Shown: positions 29,600 to 43,464 of the stretch, piece by piece | Position numbering within the stretch: position 1 is the first letter of the stretch | Layout: each line of letters starts with the position of its first letter | Source: Christensenellaceae bacterium | GTDB taxonomy: Bacteria; Bacillota; Clostridia; Christensenellales; Christensenellaceae | Length of the DNA stretch: 64,000 nucleotides | Assembly (NCBI GenBank): GCA_963665505.1 | Contig: OY762275.1 | Location: forward strand, 1,700,154 to 1,764,153 | Direction of reading: 5' to 3' | The notes under the pieces: generated by a model | What the model was told of the DNA's origin: nothing | What the model saw: only the letters and a program-made list of their open reading frames with translations | The model's database searches: none | Position numbers and translations under genes: made by a program

Positions 29600-30610
29600 A
29601 TGGCAACGCTGAAAATGATTTCTGCCTTTATCCAAAATCAGATTTTGGGTATGCGTTGGCTGACTGACATTACGGGCGATCTTCTGTCCCTGTTTGGGAT
29701 CGATCTCACGACCCGTATCGGTGCAAGCGTGCAGTTTTTTCTATACGATACGGTGAAGATCACTTTTTTTCTATGTTTCCTGATCTTTGTCATTTCTTAT
29801 GTGCAAAGTTATTTCCCGCCCGAACGCACCCGGAAAATCCTCGGTCGTTTCAAGGGGTTTTGGGCAAATTGTATCGGCGCGCTGCTCGGCACGGTCACTC
29901 CATTTTGTTCTTGTTCTTCCATCCCGCTGTTCATCGGCTTTACCGATGCCGGATTGCCGCTTGGTGTGACTTTCTCTTTTTTAATCTCTTCACCCATGGT
30001 CGACTTTGGTTCCCTCGTCCTTTTGACAAGCATTTTCGGCATCAAACTGGCCGTTCTTTACGTTGTTGTCGGTCTGGTGATTGCCGTGATCGGCGGCGGT
30101 ATCATTGAAAAACTGCATTTAGAAAACCAAATACGGCAATTCAATATAAATTCCAACAACATTGATATAGAAGTCCATGCTCTCACAAAAAAAATGCGAT
30201 TGCGGTATGCATGGGAACAAATGGCCGCTACTTTTAAAAAAGTATTCCCATATATTCTGATCGGCGTAAGTATCGGCGCTCTTATCCATAATTGGATTCC
30301 AACGGAATGGATCCAGCGCATCCTGGGAACCAATAATCCTTTTTCCGTTGTTCTGGCGACTTTGGTAGGTACACCCATGTATGCCGATATTTTTGGGACG
30401 ATTCCGCTGGCGGAGGCCTTGTATGCCAAAGGAATAGGATTAGGGACTGCGTTGGCATTCATGATGAGTGTGACTACATTGGCCCTGCCGTCCCTCATCA
30501 TGCTTTCAAAAGCAGTAAAACCGAAACTTCTCACGATATTCATTGTAATCTGCATCATCGGGATCATCAGTATTGGGTATTTGTTCAATCTTTTTCAATT
30601 TATACTATAG
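29600..30610 (+). CDS. arsP: ArsP-type (DUF318) permease
   Basis: TPFCSCSSIP motif, FLISSP, GTPMY; follows arsR. Confidence 0.8.
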   Translation: MATLKMISAFIQNQILGMRWLTDITGDLLSLFGIDLTTRIGASVQFFLYDTVKITFFLCFLIFVISYVQSYFPPERTRKILGRFKGFWANCIGALLGTVTPFCSCSSIPLFIGFTDAGLPLGVTFSFLISSPMVDFGSLVLLTSIFGIKLAVLYVVVGLVIAVIGGGIIEKLHLENQIRQFNINSNNIDIEVHALTKKMRLRYAWEQMAATFKKVFPYILIGVSIGALIHNWIPTEWIQRILGTNNPFSVVLATLVGTPMYADIFGTIPLAEALYAKGIGLGTALAFMMSVTTLALPSLIMLSKAVKPKLLTIFIVICIIGIISIGYLFNLFQFIL

Positions 30611-30620
30611 GAGGTAAACT

Positions 30621-30905
30621 ATGTGTACATCTGAAAACAACAATAGGACAAAAAACACACCGGACGCTTTGGTAAAAGTCTTGGGGAGTGGGTGCAAAAA
30701 ATGCATCCGGCTCGAAGCCAACGCAAAACAAGCGCTCGCTTCCCTTGGCATGGAGCCACTCGTAGAACATATCACAGACCTTTCTCAAATCGTATCTTAT
30801 GGCGTCATGGCGACGCCGGCATTGGTCATCGGTCAAAAAGTAGTTTCCATGGGAAAAGTCTTGAGGTCAGATGAAATCAAAACATTGTTGGAAAAAAACT
30901 TATAA
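30621..30905 (+). CDS. Small thioredoxin-like redox protein
   Basis: VLGSGCKKC CxxC and YGVMATPALVI. Confidence 0.85.
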   Translation: MCTSENNNRTKNTPDALVKVLGSGCKKCIRLEANAKQALASLGMEPLVEHITDLSQIVSYGVMATPALVIGQKVVSMGKVLRSDEIKTLLEKNL

Positions 30906-30906
30906 A

Positions 30907-31026
30907 ATAATCCTTGGCCACAGTAAAGATATGGACACCTTCGGTGTATATGGGCACGAGATAAATGGAGATAAAGAGTTGTCCGCACGCTTGATTGATG
31001 ACACATTTGAAAAACTATTAGAATAG
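30907..31026 (+). pseudogene. C-terminal remnant of a tyrosine recombinase (phage-type integrase)
   Basis: Reads IILGHSKDMDTFGVYGHEINGDKELSARLIDDTFEKLLE*, i.e. LGH box II plus catalytic Tyr; no start codon or N-terminal region; 130 nt from the tRNA-Asn 3' end. Confidence 0.72.
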
Positions 31027-31156
31027 CAAAGATAAAAAAGATCGCTTTATGATAGTGGCGATCTTTTGGTTTACAAAAGCAAAAGGGGGTTAAACCCGGG
31101 AGTAAAATAAATAAACAAAAAAGCCCTTAAAACCACATGGTTAAAGGCTTTTTATT

Positions 31157-31232
31157 TGGCTCCCCCTGTTGGGCTCGAACCAACGACATTTCGGTTAACA
31201 GCCGAACGCTCTGCCAGCTGAGCTAAGGAGGA
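31157..31232 (-). tRNA. tRNA-Asn (GTT)
   Basis: Cloverleaf, anticodon loop CTGTTAA, TTCGAG T-loop, encoded CCA. Confidence 0.96.
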
Positions 31233-31240
31233 ATATTAAA

Positions 31241-31357
31241 TCCGGCAGCTACCTATCCTCCCGGGCCGGTTACAGCCAAGTACTTTCGGCGTATAAGGTC
31301 TTAACTTCTGTGTTCGGGATGGGAACAGGTGTTTCCCCTTAGCTATCGCCACCGGAA
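31241..31357 (-). rRNA. rrf: 5S rRNA
   Basis: CACCTGTTCCCATCCCGAACACAG and GGATAGGTAGCTGCCGG conserved segments. Confidence 0.95.
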
Positions 31358-31384
31358 ATCATATCTTCATTTTATCCGCACCGT

Positions 31385-31414
31385 ATCGTATCATACTCCC
31401 ACGGACTTTGTCAA
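31385..31414 (-). promoter_or_regulatory. Internal SigA-type promoter in the 23S-5S spacer
   Basis: TTGACA-18 nt-TACGAT with an extended TG. Confidence 0.5.
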
Positions 31415-31477
31415 GTACCCTCAAAACTATATAATATGTTACTTCAAAACCCTTCGCTCAGCGTCTTCTTTTTTCTT

Positions 31478-34397
<2,920 letters not shown>

Positions 34398-34635
34398 TTC
34401 GGCCCGATCTCTCGTGCCGTCTCTCAGCCTTAAGTTCTTTTTATTTCCTTAAGATTTGCTTCGTTCTCAGCTTCTTCTTTTTTTCGTAAAATTGTATTTT
34501 ACCCTAAAATTTTTCTCGCTTTTCTCTCGCTTTTGTTTTAAGTTTTTTTTCGCATATTATATAGTTTTCAATGTGCTCGGCTATTGCGCCAACGTCCAAC
34601 CCAAAAAGCAAAATCACCAAAACGACTTTTCTTTT

Positions 34636-34712
<77 letters not shown>

Positions 34713-34877
34713 GCATATATTTGAGCCCTTTTGGCCCTCCAGCCTGTTTGCGTTCGAACCACATTTGCCCATGCGCTTCTGCGCGACCTGGGCTCAAAAT
34801 TTCCTCGACAAATAAAGCGTAAACAATACTTGCTCGCTTAAAGCAAGAAAGCTCTTCCTCACTCTTCCTTTTTTACA

Positions 34878-36414
<1,537 letters not shown>

Positions 36415-36590
36415 AAATTATATCGGCTTTCGCCGCTTTTCTCTTTTTCTTGAAAAAGTTCGTCCGAGCTCTCTTCTTTCTTTAAGCTTCTTCTTTTTGA
36501 TGCTTTCTTGTTTACGCTTCATTCTCTTGTCAAGGTGCCTCTCTTCTCCTTCGCAGGCCTCCTCGGCCCGCTCTCGAAGAGCGCTTTATC

Positions 36591-36619
36591 ATATTATCAA
36601 ATATATATCCCTCTGTCAA
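36591..36619 (-). promoter_or_regulatory. rRNA operon promoter
   Basis: TTGACA-17 nt-TAATAT with an extended TG and A-rich UP region. Confidence 0.7.
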
Positions 36620-36806
36620 CACCTTTTTCTACTTTTTCACTAAACCCGTATCTTCCTTCTCCTCGCCCTTTTCTCTTTCATCCCCCTACGTACTTATCCC
36701 CCTTTCTTGCCTTCTTTCGTATACGGCCATATCAAAAAACCAAGGCCTCGTGTACAAAAACAATGTACGCGAGGCCTTACAAAAAAACAACATGAATAAA
36801 TGGAAT

Positions 36807-37076
36807 TTATTCTTTGATTTCCTCCGGAAGCTCCTGATAGGCTTTTAATATACAGTCCTGCAACATCGCTCTGGTTTCCGAATTGATAGGATGTACAATA
36901 TCTTTATACTCTCCCGCAGGTGTCTTTCTGCTGGGCATAGCTATAAAAAGGCCGTTTTGTCCTTCAATTATTTTGATATCATGCACGGCAAACATATCAT
37001 CGAATATAACAGACGCAACCGCACGCATCTTACCCGGAGCGTTGATCTTTCTGATCCTTACATCGGTTATCTCCAT
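36807..37076 (-). CDS. spoVG: Septation regulator SpoVG
   Basis: [36 protein letters not shown]. Confidence 0.96.
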   Translation of the reverse strand: MEITDVRIRKINAPGKMRAVASVIFDDMFAVHDIKIIEGQNGLFIAMPSRKTPAGEYKDIVHPINSETRAMLQDCILKAYQELPEEIKE

Positions 37077-37136
37077 ACGAAATCCTCCTGTTGTTTAAAA
37101 AAACAACTTTGTAATACAGCACAAAATATATGTTTA

Positions 37137-37165
37137 ATATTCGCCAAGAAAATCAAAATTCCTTT
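37137..37165 (-). promoter_or_regulatory. SigH promoter of spoVG
   Basis: AAAGGAATT-11 nt-GGCGAATAT fits RNAGGAWWW-11/12-RNNGAATWW; spoVG is a classic SigH target. Confidence 0.75.
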
Positions 37166-37209
37166 TTTAAAAGGACTTTATGATCCTTTCCCTCTTTCCT
37201 GTTAATTCT

Positions 37210-38022
37210 TTAAACATTGGAAATTACTTGGATTTTTTGTTGTTCCTCATTGATTTCCTGCAAAACCATAAGGCTCTTGTAATTCTCGATGCGTTTTTTA
37301 TTCGGCACTTTTGTAGAAATCGCCGCTCCGCAGCCGACGACCACAATACTGAATTCTTTCATCATTTCAAACAGAGCATGCACCGTCCCGCCTCCGGCGA
37401 TAAAATCGTCGATGATCAGTGTTTTTTGTCCTTCCTGTACGGCGCGTTTGGCCAGAGACATCGTCTGCATGCGTCTGGAAGAACCCGACATATAGTTGAT
37501 TGTAACAACAGAGCCTTCCGTCACTTTGTTTTTGCGGCGCGCCACCACGAGCGGCCGTTCGAACAATCTTGCAACGCTCATTGCCAGCGGGATCCCTTTT
37601 GCTTCCACTGTTATAATAAAATCCGGCGCCGTCTTAGAAAAAAAATCCCAGAGCATTTTGGCCAGTTTGCCTACATAAACCGGATTATAAAAAATATCTG
37701 CGGTATATAGAAACCCCCCCGGCAATATACGGGACGGATTCTTCAATTTCTGCACAATCTCTTCTATCACGGCGCGCTTCTCGTCTTTCCGAAGAGAAGG
37801 CAGGTAGCGGATCCCCCCGCCAGCGCCCATCAAGACCTCGATATCCCCCAACCCATATTTTTGGAAAGTTTCCCGGATGATCGCAATATCTTCGCTCAGG
37901 GTCGACTTCGCCGATCCGAACATTTCTGAAAAATAAGAAAGGGAATACAACCGGCTAGGATTATTCGTCAATATAGAACTTACCGTGCTTAACCTTTCTT
38001 TTCTGTTTGCTGCTGTGCTCAT
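37210..38022 (-). CDS. purR: Pur operon repressor
   Basis: AKSTLSED wHTH, GAGGG, ILPGG, IIDDFIAGGGT PRT domain; purR-spoVG synteny. Confidence 0.93.
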   Translation of the reverse strand: MSTAANRKERLSTVSSILTNNPSRLYSLSYFSEMFGSAKSTLSEDIAIIRETFQKYGLGDIEVLMGAGGGIRYLPSLRKDEKRAVIEEIVQKLKNPSRILPGGFLYTADIFYNPVYVGKLAKMLWDFFSKTAPDFIITVEAKGIPLAMSVARLFERPLVVARRKNKVTEGSVVTINYMSGSSRRMQTMSLAKRAVQEGQKTLIIDDFIAGGGTVHALFEMMKEFSIVVVGCGAAISTKVPNKKRIENYKSLMVLQEINEEQQKIQVISNV

Positions 38023-38034
38023 ATGCTTTTCTAT

Positions 38035-38078
38035 TTCTCCGAATTGTTTTTATTATTATTCCAATATCATTCGTATTT
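38035..38078. promoter_or_regulatory. Paired PurBox-like site upstream of purR
   Basis: CGAAT-N24-ATTCG inverted arrangement, like the Bacillus GAAC-N24/25-GTTC PurR control site. Confidence 0.5.
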
Positions 38079-38286
38079 TAACATTTATTTAACGAAAAAT
38101 CCAGTTTATTTTTATATTTTGTTGATTATATGGCAAAAAGTCTAGTATAATATCATATAAACGGACAGATTTGCCTTTCGTATACAAAATTTTATAATAT
38201 ACAAAACTGCAAAGCAGATGCATCTTGTGCATTGGATTGCGACTTTATCCTCTGCTGAAGCAGTTTCATTGTCTGGAGGAATTTGT

Positions 38287-39675
38287 ATGACAAAAAATGT
38301 TGATATTGCCGATTATAAAAATGGCCGGATCCATTTCATAGGGATCGGCGGCTGTTCCATGAGCGGCCTTGCCCAGATCCTGCATGACCTTGGATATAAA
38401 GTTTCGGGGTCGGATAAAAAGCAATCCGGTTTCACAGACATCTTGACAAAATTGGGGATCGAAACACATATCGGCCATAGTGAAGACTGGGTCAAAGGCG
38501 TGGCGCTTTGCGTTTATACACCCGCGATAAAACCAAACAATATAGAGTTTGCCTACGCGAAGAAAAATAATATCCCGCTCCTGGAGCGTTCCGTACTGTT
38601 GGGACAGATCAGCAGAAACTATGAGACCACTGTTTGTGTATCCGGTTGCCATGGTAAAACCACGATCACTTCCATGTTGGCGCTCATCACAAAAGATACG
38701 CACCTCGATCCTACCGTGCATGTGGGCGGTATGATCGATTTTCTGTCCGGCGGCGTACGCGTCGGCGGCAATAATCTGTTCATCACGGAAGCCTGCGAAT
38801 ATGTCCGCAGCTTCTTAACGCTACATCCTTCTTATATTATCATAAATAATATTGATGACGACCACCTGGATTATTATAAAAACATCCAGGAAATCATCGA
38901 TACTTTCGTGGATTTCGCCCGCTTGCTGCCAAAAGACGGCATCCTGTTCGCAAATGCAGATGACCCCAATACCCGTATCGTCATACAACGAGCAGAGCGC
39001 AAAGTCATTACCTACAGCCTGAACGGGAACGGCGACTATACGGTAGGCAACATACAGTTCGATTCTATTGGGAATACCGAATTTGACGTTTATCAAAAAG
39101 ATGCGTACCTGGGCCATATCCAGCTCCATATTCCCGGCATACATAACGTGCAAAACGCGCTGGCGGCCACCGTCCTTGCGCATGAGGTCCTCGGAATCTC
39201 CCTTGCGGATATCGCGGCATCTCTTGCCCACTATCATCTTGCACGGAGACGCTTCGAATTCATTGGGGAGCGCGACGGTGTGAAAATCTTCCACGACTAT
39301 GCACACCACCCGACAGAGATCCGCGCCTGCCTTGCTTCGGCCAAACTGTATCCGCATAAAAAGATCTACGCGTTGTTCCAATGCAATTCTTACACCCGCG
39401 CAAAAACCTTAAAAGAAAAATATGGCCTTTCGTTCAATAACGCGGACGTGGTGATGATGCCCGATATTTATCCCGGGCGCGATATCGATAAGGGAGATAT
39501 CCACGCCACGGATGTGGTCGCCTGCATCAATGCACATTCGCATAACTGTTTGTATCTGCCCACGTTCCAGGACATCAAAGACTATCTGCTCGACCATTGG
39601 CAGCCGGGAGATATCGTTGTTACACTCGGTTCGGGAGACGTCAATAAGCAACAGCTTATATTACTGGAAAAATAA
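38287..39675 (+). CDS. murC: UDP-N-acetylmuramate--L-alanine ligase
   Basis: HFIGIGGCSMSGLA, GCHGKTT, EACEY, DYAHHPTEI. Confidence 0.95.
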   Translation: MTKNVDIADYKNGRIHFIGIGGCSMSGLAQILHDLGYKVSGSDKKQSGFTDILTKLGIETHIGHSEDWVKGVALCVYTPAIKPNNIEFAYAKKNNIPLLERSVLLGQISRNYETTVCVSGCHGKTTITSMLALITKDTHLDPTVHVGGMIDFLSGGVRVGGNNLFITEACEYVRSFLTLHPSYIIINNIDDDHLDYYKNIQEIIDTFVDFARLLPKDGILFANADDPNTRIVIQRAERKVITYSLNGNGDYTVGNIQFDSIGNTEFDVYQKDAYLGHIQLHIPGIHNVQNALAATVLAHEVLGISLADIAASLAHYHLARRRFEFIGERDGVKIFHDYAHHPTEIRACLASAKLYPHKKIYALFQCNSYTRAKTLKEKYGLSFNNADVVMMPDIYPGRDIDKGDIHATDVVACINAHSHNCLYLPTFQDIKDYLLDHWQPGDIVVTLGSGDVNKQQLILLEK

Positions 39676-39828
39676 TACGCATCCGGTACGGTATGTACAA
39701 ACAATTATCGGAAATTACGGAGACGGCGGCTCCACAGGGTGCCCCGTCTCCTTTTTTCAGATTTTCTGTAAGATTTTTGAAAAATCCCCCAATAATACTA
39801 TGAACAGATTGGTTGAGCAGGAGATCCC

Positions 39829-40392
39829 ATGCAAGACGCAGATTTATTACATTTATTGAAAAAGGACCCTTCAAAGGGGCTGCATGCCTTAATGGATGTT
39901 TACGCCGGGCTTGTTTTCTTCCTTATCCGGAATAAAACCTCGGACGTATGTTCGATCGAGGATATGGAAGAATGCATGAGCGACGTTTTTACGGCGTTTT
40001 ACCGGCGCGTGCCGGAGATCGATCTGCAGAAGGGCACGATTAAGGCGTATCTTTGTCAGATCGCAAAGCGGACGGCCATCCATCTTTATAAAAAGAAAAC
40101 GGCGGAAAAATGCAATGTATCGCTGAACGATGCATACAGGGAAGGATCGACGTCCGACGGGTTTTCCATAGAAGAAACGTATGTGGCGGAAGAAACCCGA
40201 GCGCGCCTGATCAAGAGCATTGGCGAACTGACGGAACCGGACCGCGCCATCATCATCAGCAAATATTTTTACGGCGAATCTTCCCGGTCTATCTCTGCAC
40301 GATTGGGTCTGTCGGTATCTGCGATCGATACCCGGGCATCCCGCGCCTTAAAAAAACTCAAAACAAAGTTGGAGGGTAAAATCGATGGTTAA
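39829..40392 (+). CDS. ECF sigma-70 factor
   Basis: Region 2 EDMEECMSDVF...KAYLCQIAK and region 4 ISARLGLSVSAIDTRASRALKKL. Confidence 0.88.
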   Translation: MQDADLLHLLKKDPSKGLHALMDVYAGLVFFLIRNKTSDVCSIEDMEECMSDVFTAFYRRVPEIDLQKGTIKAYLCQIAKRTAIHLYKKKTAEKCNVSLNDAYREGSTSDGFSIEETYVAEETRARLIKSIGELTEPDRAIIISKYFYGESSRSISARLGLSVSAIDTRASRALKKLKTKLEGKIDG

Positions 40393-41929
40393 AAATTTAT
40401 CCGATCTTTTAGAAGAAAGCACACCGCAGGAAATCGACCGCCTTATCGGCAGTGAAAAACGGGAAGCCTTCGGTTTTGATTTGGCGAAAGTCAAGGCGGG
40501 CGTATACCGCAAGACTGGGGTCGCAGCGACTGCGCCCAAAACGGCAAAAAAAGGCCGCTTATGGCCAAAATGGGGCCTTTTTGCGGCCTGCTTTGTCCTG
40601 CTCGCCGTATGCGGCACGGCGGTTGTCGCAGAAGCCAAAGAATACACGGCGGCGATTGCCTTTTTCCAGGAATATGAACTTTCGACGGATGGACTTTCCA
40701 GAACCGATATCAAAAAAGTATACCGTGATATCACGACCGGAAAATTCACATATGAAAAGACTTCCGGCGTCATCATAACAAGCGTCAGCGGATACGATAT
40801 TTTCCAGGAAGACCCCACGCCGGAAGATCTGGAGAATCTATGGAATTACCGGAACGGCGACGGATACAACATGGTCACCAATCATACGGCGAACGGTATT
40901 TCCTATTCCTACGAAAGTGTCTATACAATGGATCCTGCACTCGGATTTGATGTACTGGATAAAACCATATTTACAAAACGCATTGACGGTAAAACCGTCT
41001 GGAGCACAGACCTGTACAACATCGTTATCCCGGAATATGCGGTTTTTGAAGATTATGTGGTCATTTATGGCCAAACAGACATATGGTCTTCCGATCAGAA
41101 ATGCTACGGCCGCGTCCTCCTTCTGGATACAGACGGCAATATCCTCTGGAATAAAACGCCCGACAACGGCTTTCAGCGAGAATTCTATGAACAGGCAGTC
41201 TGTGATAGAACTGGCATTGCCCTGTTCGGGCGGGGGAATCTGCAAACTTTATGTTACACGAAACTGGATTACAGTGGAAAGCTGCTGCAATACACGCAAA
41301 CAAAGATCGGCAGCTACACGATCAAAAACGCCGCCAGGCTCGGGGAAGGCTACATCCTTTTGCTGTCCAGCTACGATGTGGGCGAGGAGAAAGATGAATA
41401 CATTGCAAAAATAGATCCGGACGGCTCCTTATCCGATTCTTTCACCTATTCTTCCGATGAACAGGACTACTATATCACCGATATGCTCGAATACAACGGC
41501 AATGTGTACCTCAGCACCTACACCGTCCCTAAGCTCAACAAGGGCGAAGGCACGGCCGGTGGGCGGTACGACATCGCGGGTGTGCTGAATCAATTGTTCA
41601 CAGAGGACGGCATTTACGAAATTGAGAATGCGGCATTGACTGAAATGATGCGTGCACACTTTACGGCGGCTTTGTTTGTATGCAATACGCAGACGGGTGT
41701 GCCGGATACATTTTACGCAATCGATGGTTCTCTGGGAGCAGACCTGTATGTGAACGACGACGGAAACCTTGTCTGGAACGTAGAAAGCATAACGGACGCA
41801 TACTTCTCTCCGTTCACCTCTTCGTTCACGATCGGCGGCACATGTTATATTTACAGATACTGTTTTGATGAGAACGGCCTACTGCTCAGCCAGGAAAAAA
41901 CCGATGAGATCGTTGCCTTTCGCAGGTAA
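40385..41929 (+). CDS. Putative membrane-anchored anti-sigma factor with large extracytoplasmic domain
   Basis: Overlaps the ECF stop; short cytoplasmic N-terminus, one TM (WGLFAACFVLLAVCGTAVV), about 430-aa acidic beta-rich region. Confidence 0.6.
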   Translation: MVKNLSDLLEESTPQEIDRLIGSEKREAFGFDLAKVKAGVYRKTGVAATAPKTAKKGRLWPKWGLFAACFVLLAVCGTAVVAEAKEYTAAIAFFQEYELSTDGLSRTDIKKVYRDITTGKFTYEKTSGVIITSVSGYDIFQEDPTPEDLENLWNYRNGDGYNMVTNHTANGISYSYESVYTMDPALGFDVLDKTIFTKRIDGKTVWSTDLYNIVIPEYAVFEDYVVIYGQTDIWSSDQKCYGRVLLLDTDGNILWNKTPDNGFQREFYEQAVCDRTGIALFGRGNLQTLCYTKLDYSGKLLQYTQTKIGSYTIKNAARLGEGYILLLSSYDVGEEKDEYIAKIDPDGSLSDSFTYSSDEQDYYITDMLEYNGNVYLSTYTVPKLNKGEGTAGGRYDIAGVLNQLFTEDGIYEIENAALTEMMRAHFTAALFVCNTQTGVPDTFYAIDGSLGADLYVNDDGNLVWNVESITDAYFSPFTSSFTIGGTCYIYRYCFDENGLLLSQEKTDEIVAFRR

Positions 41930-42050
41930 TGCCTGCCGGTTCTATGCTTAGCCAAAGTTGCGCGACCCGCGCTGAAAAAACATCTATAAAAGAGCAATCG
42001 GAGATTGCTCTTTTTATTTATCCGTCCCCTATCATTTTCGCGGATGTCCG

Positions 42051-42962
42051 TTATTGGCGGAGAGGTTCGATTTTTTCGAGCACTTCCTGAAAATAGGCGG
42101 GAAGCGGCGCCAAAAACTCCATTTTTTCTCCGGTCGCCGGATGGTACAATACAAGTCTGCCTGCATGCAACATTTGTCCTTCCGTTTCGAAAGGGCCTTT
42201 CCTGCGGGTGTAGACGGCATCCCCTACAACGGGATGCCCGATATGGGCCATATGCACACGAATCTGGTGGGTACGGCCTGTTTTCAAAGAAACTTCTACG
42301 AGCGTATAGGCCCCGTAGCGGGCCAACACACGATACGCCGAAACAGCTGCCCGCCCGCCCGGGACCACCGCCATTTTTTTCCTGTTTTTGGGGTGCCGGG
42401 CAATCGGTGCGTCGATCACGCCCGTGTCTTGCGGGATATTGCCATAACACAGCGCGGTGTAGATCCGCAAGGCTTTTTTCTCTTTGATTTGTTTGGCCAG
42501 ACAGACGTGTGCGGCGTCGTTTTTTGCAACGACGAGCAGTCCGGTCGTATCTTTATCCAGTCGATGCACAATGCCCGGCCGCAGTTTCCCATTGATGCCC
42601 GAAAGGTCTTTTATATGGTAGAGAAGCGCATTTACCAACGTACCGTCCCTGCTGCCCGGCGCCGGATGTGTGACCATTCCTTTGGGCTTATCCACAATTA
42701 GGATATCCGAATCCTCATACACGATGTCCAGCGGGATATCCTGCGCGGCCGCTTCTATCGGCTGCGGCGCCGGCAGATGAATCGTGATGATATTTCCCGG
42801 TTTGACTTTATCGGCGGCTTCCGCCGCCTTGCCATCCACCAGTACACCGCCTTCCTTTATCAGATGGCGGAAAAAAGAACGGGTCCTAGACGGCACGAGC
42901 GTCACAAGATATTTGTCCAGTCTGGGCGCATTTGTTTCCGCGGTAAAAACCAGCGTTTTCAT
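42051..42962 (-). CDS. rluD: RluA/RluD family 23S rRNA pseudouridine synthase
   Basis: S4 domain, HRLDKDTTG, TGRTHQIRVH; ATGA overlap with lspA. Confidence 0.9.
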   Translation of the reverse strand: MKTLVFTAETNAPRLDKYLVTLVPSRTRSFFRHLIKEGGVLVDGKAAEAADKVKPGNIITIHLPAPQPIEAAAQDIPLDIVYEDSDILIVDKPKGMVTHPAPGSRDGTLVNALLYHIKDLSGINGKLRPGIVHRLDKDTTGLLVVAKNDAAHVCLAKQIKEKKALRIYTALCYGNIPQDTGVIDAPIARHPKNRKKMAVVPGGRAAVSAYRVLARYGAYTLVEVSLKTGRTHQIRVHMAHIGHPVVGDAVYTRRKGPFETEGQMLHAGRLVLYHPATGEKMEFLAPLPAYFQEVLEKIEPLRQ

Positions 42963-43453
42963 GGCTTTATGTCTTTGCAGGACGGCTGCTTGGCTTTGGG
43001 GGAAACAGACCTTCCCCATTCCAAGAAAAAGATGGAGAGGATCAACAACACCGTCCCCATGTTAACACAGATATCCGCAATATTGAAAACGGCAAATTCT
43101 ATAAAATCAAATTTGATAAAATCGACGACATACCCCAGAAAAACTCTGTCGACCAGATTGCCCAGCGCGCCTGCCATCATAAAAGCCAGCGCGATTTTTG
43201 ACAGGCGGCTGAACAGATGCCTGTACCGTATGAGCACGTAGAGCAATACCAACGCGAGCAGCCCCGTGACAACAGCCAACATGACCGTGCTGTCGCCGAG
43301 CATGCCAAACGCAGCGCCCGTATTTTCCACATACGAATAACTGAGTACGCCCGGGATAATCACCCGCGACATACCGTAAAAATGATTGGATATCCATATC
43401 TTGCTCAATTGATCGGCCAATACGCCCAACACCACAATAATAGTCTCTACCAC
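42959..43453 (-). CDS. lspA: Lipoprotein signal peptidase II
   Basis: DQLSK, NTGAAFG, GALGNLVDR, VVDF, FNIAD; likely GTG start at 43453. Confidence 0.92.
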   Translation of the reverse strand: MVETIIVVLGVLADQLSKIWISNHFYGMSRVIIPGVLSYSYVENTGAAFGMLGDSTVMLAVVTGLLALVLLYVLIRYRHLFSRLSKIALAFMMAGALGNLVDRVFLGYVVDFIKFDFIEFAVFNIADICVNMGTVLLILSIFFLEWGRSVSPKAKQPSCKDIKP

Positions 43454-43464
43454 GCTTCGCTCCG

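Noticed and set aside
34720-34800. Degenerate tRNA-Ala in the 16S-tRNA-Ile spacer (GAGCCC/GGGCTC stem, GGTTCGAA word)
   Set aside because: No cloverleaf or anticodon arm; more likely an ordinary processing stem
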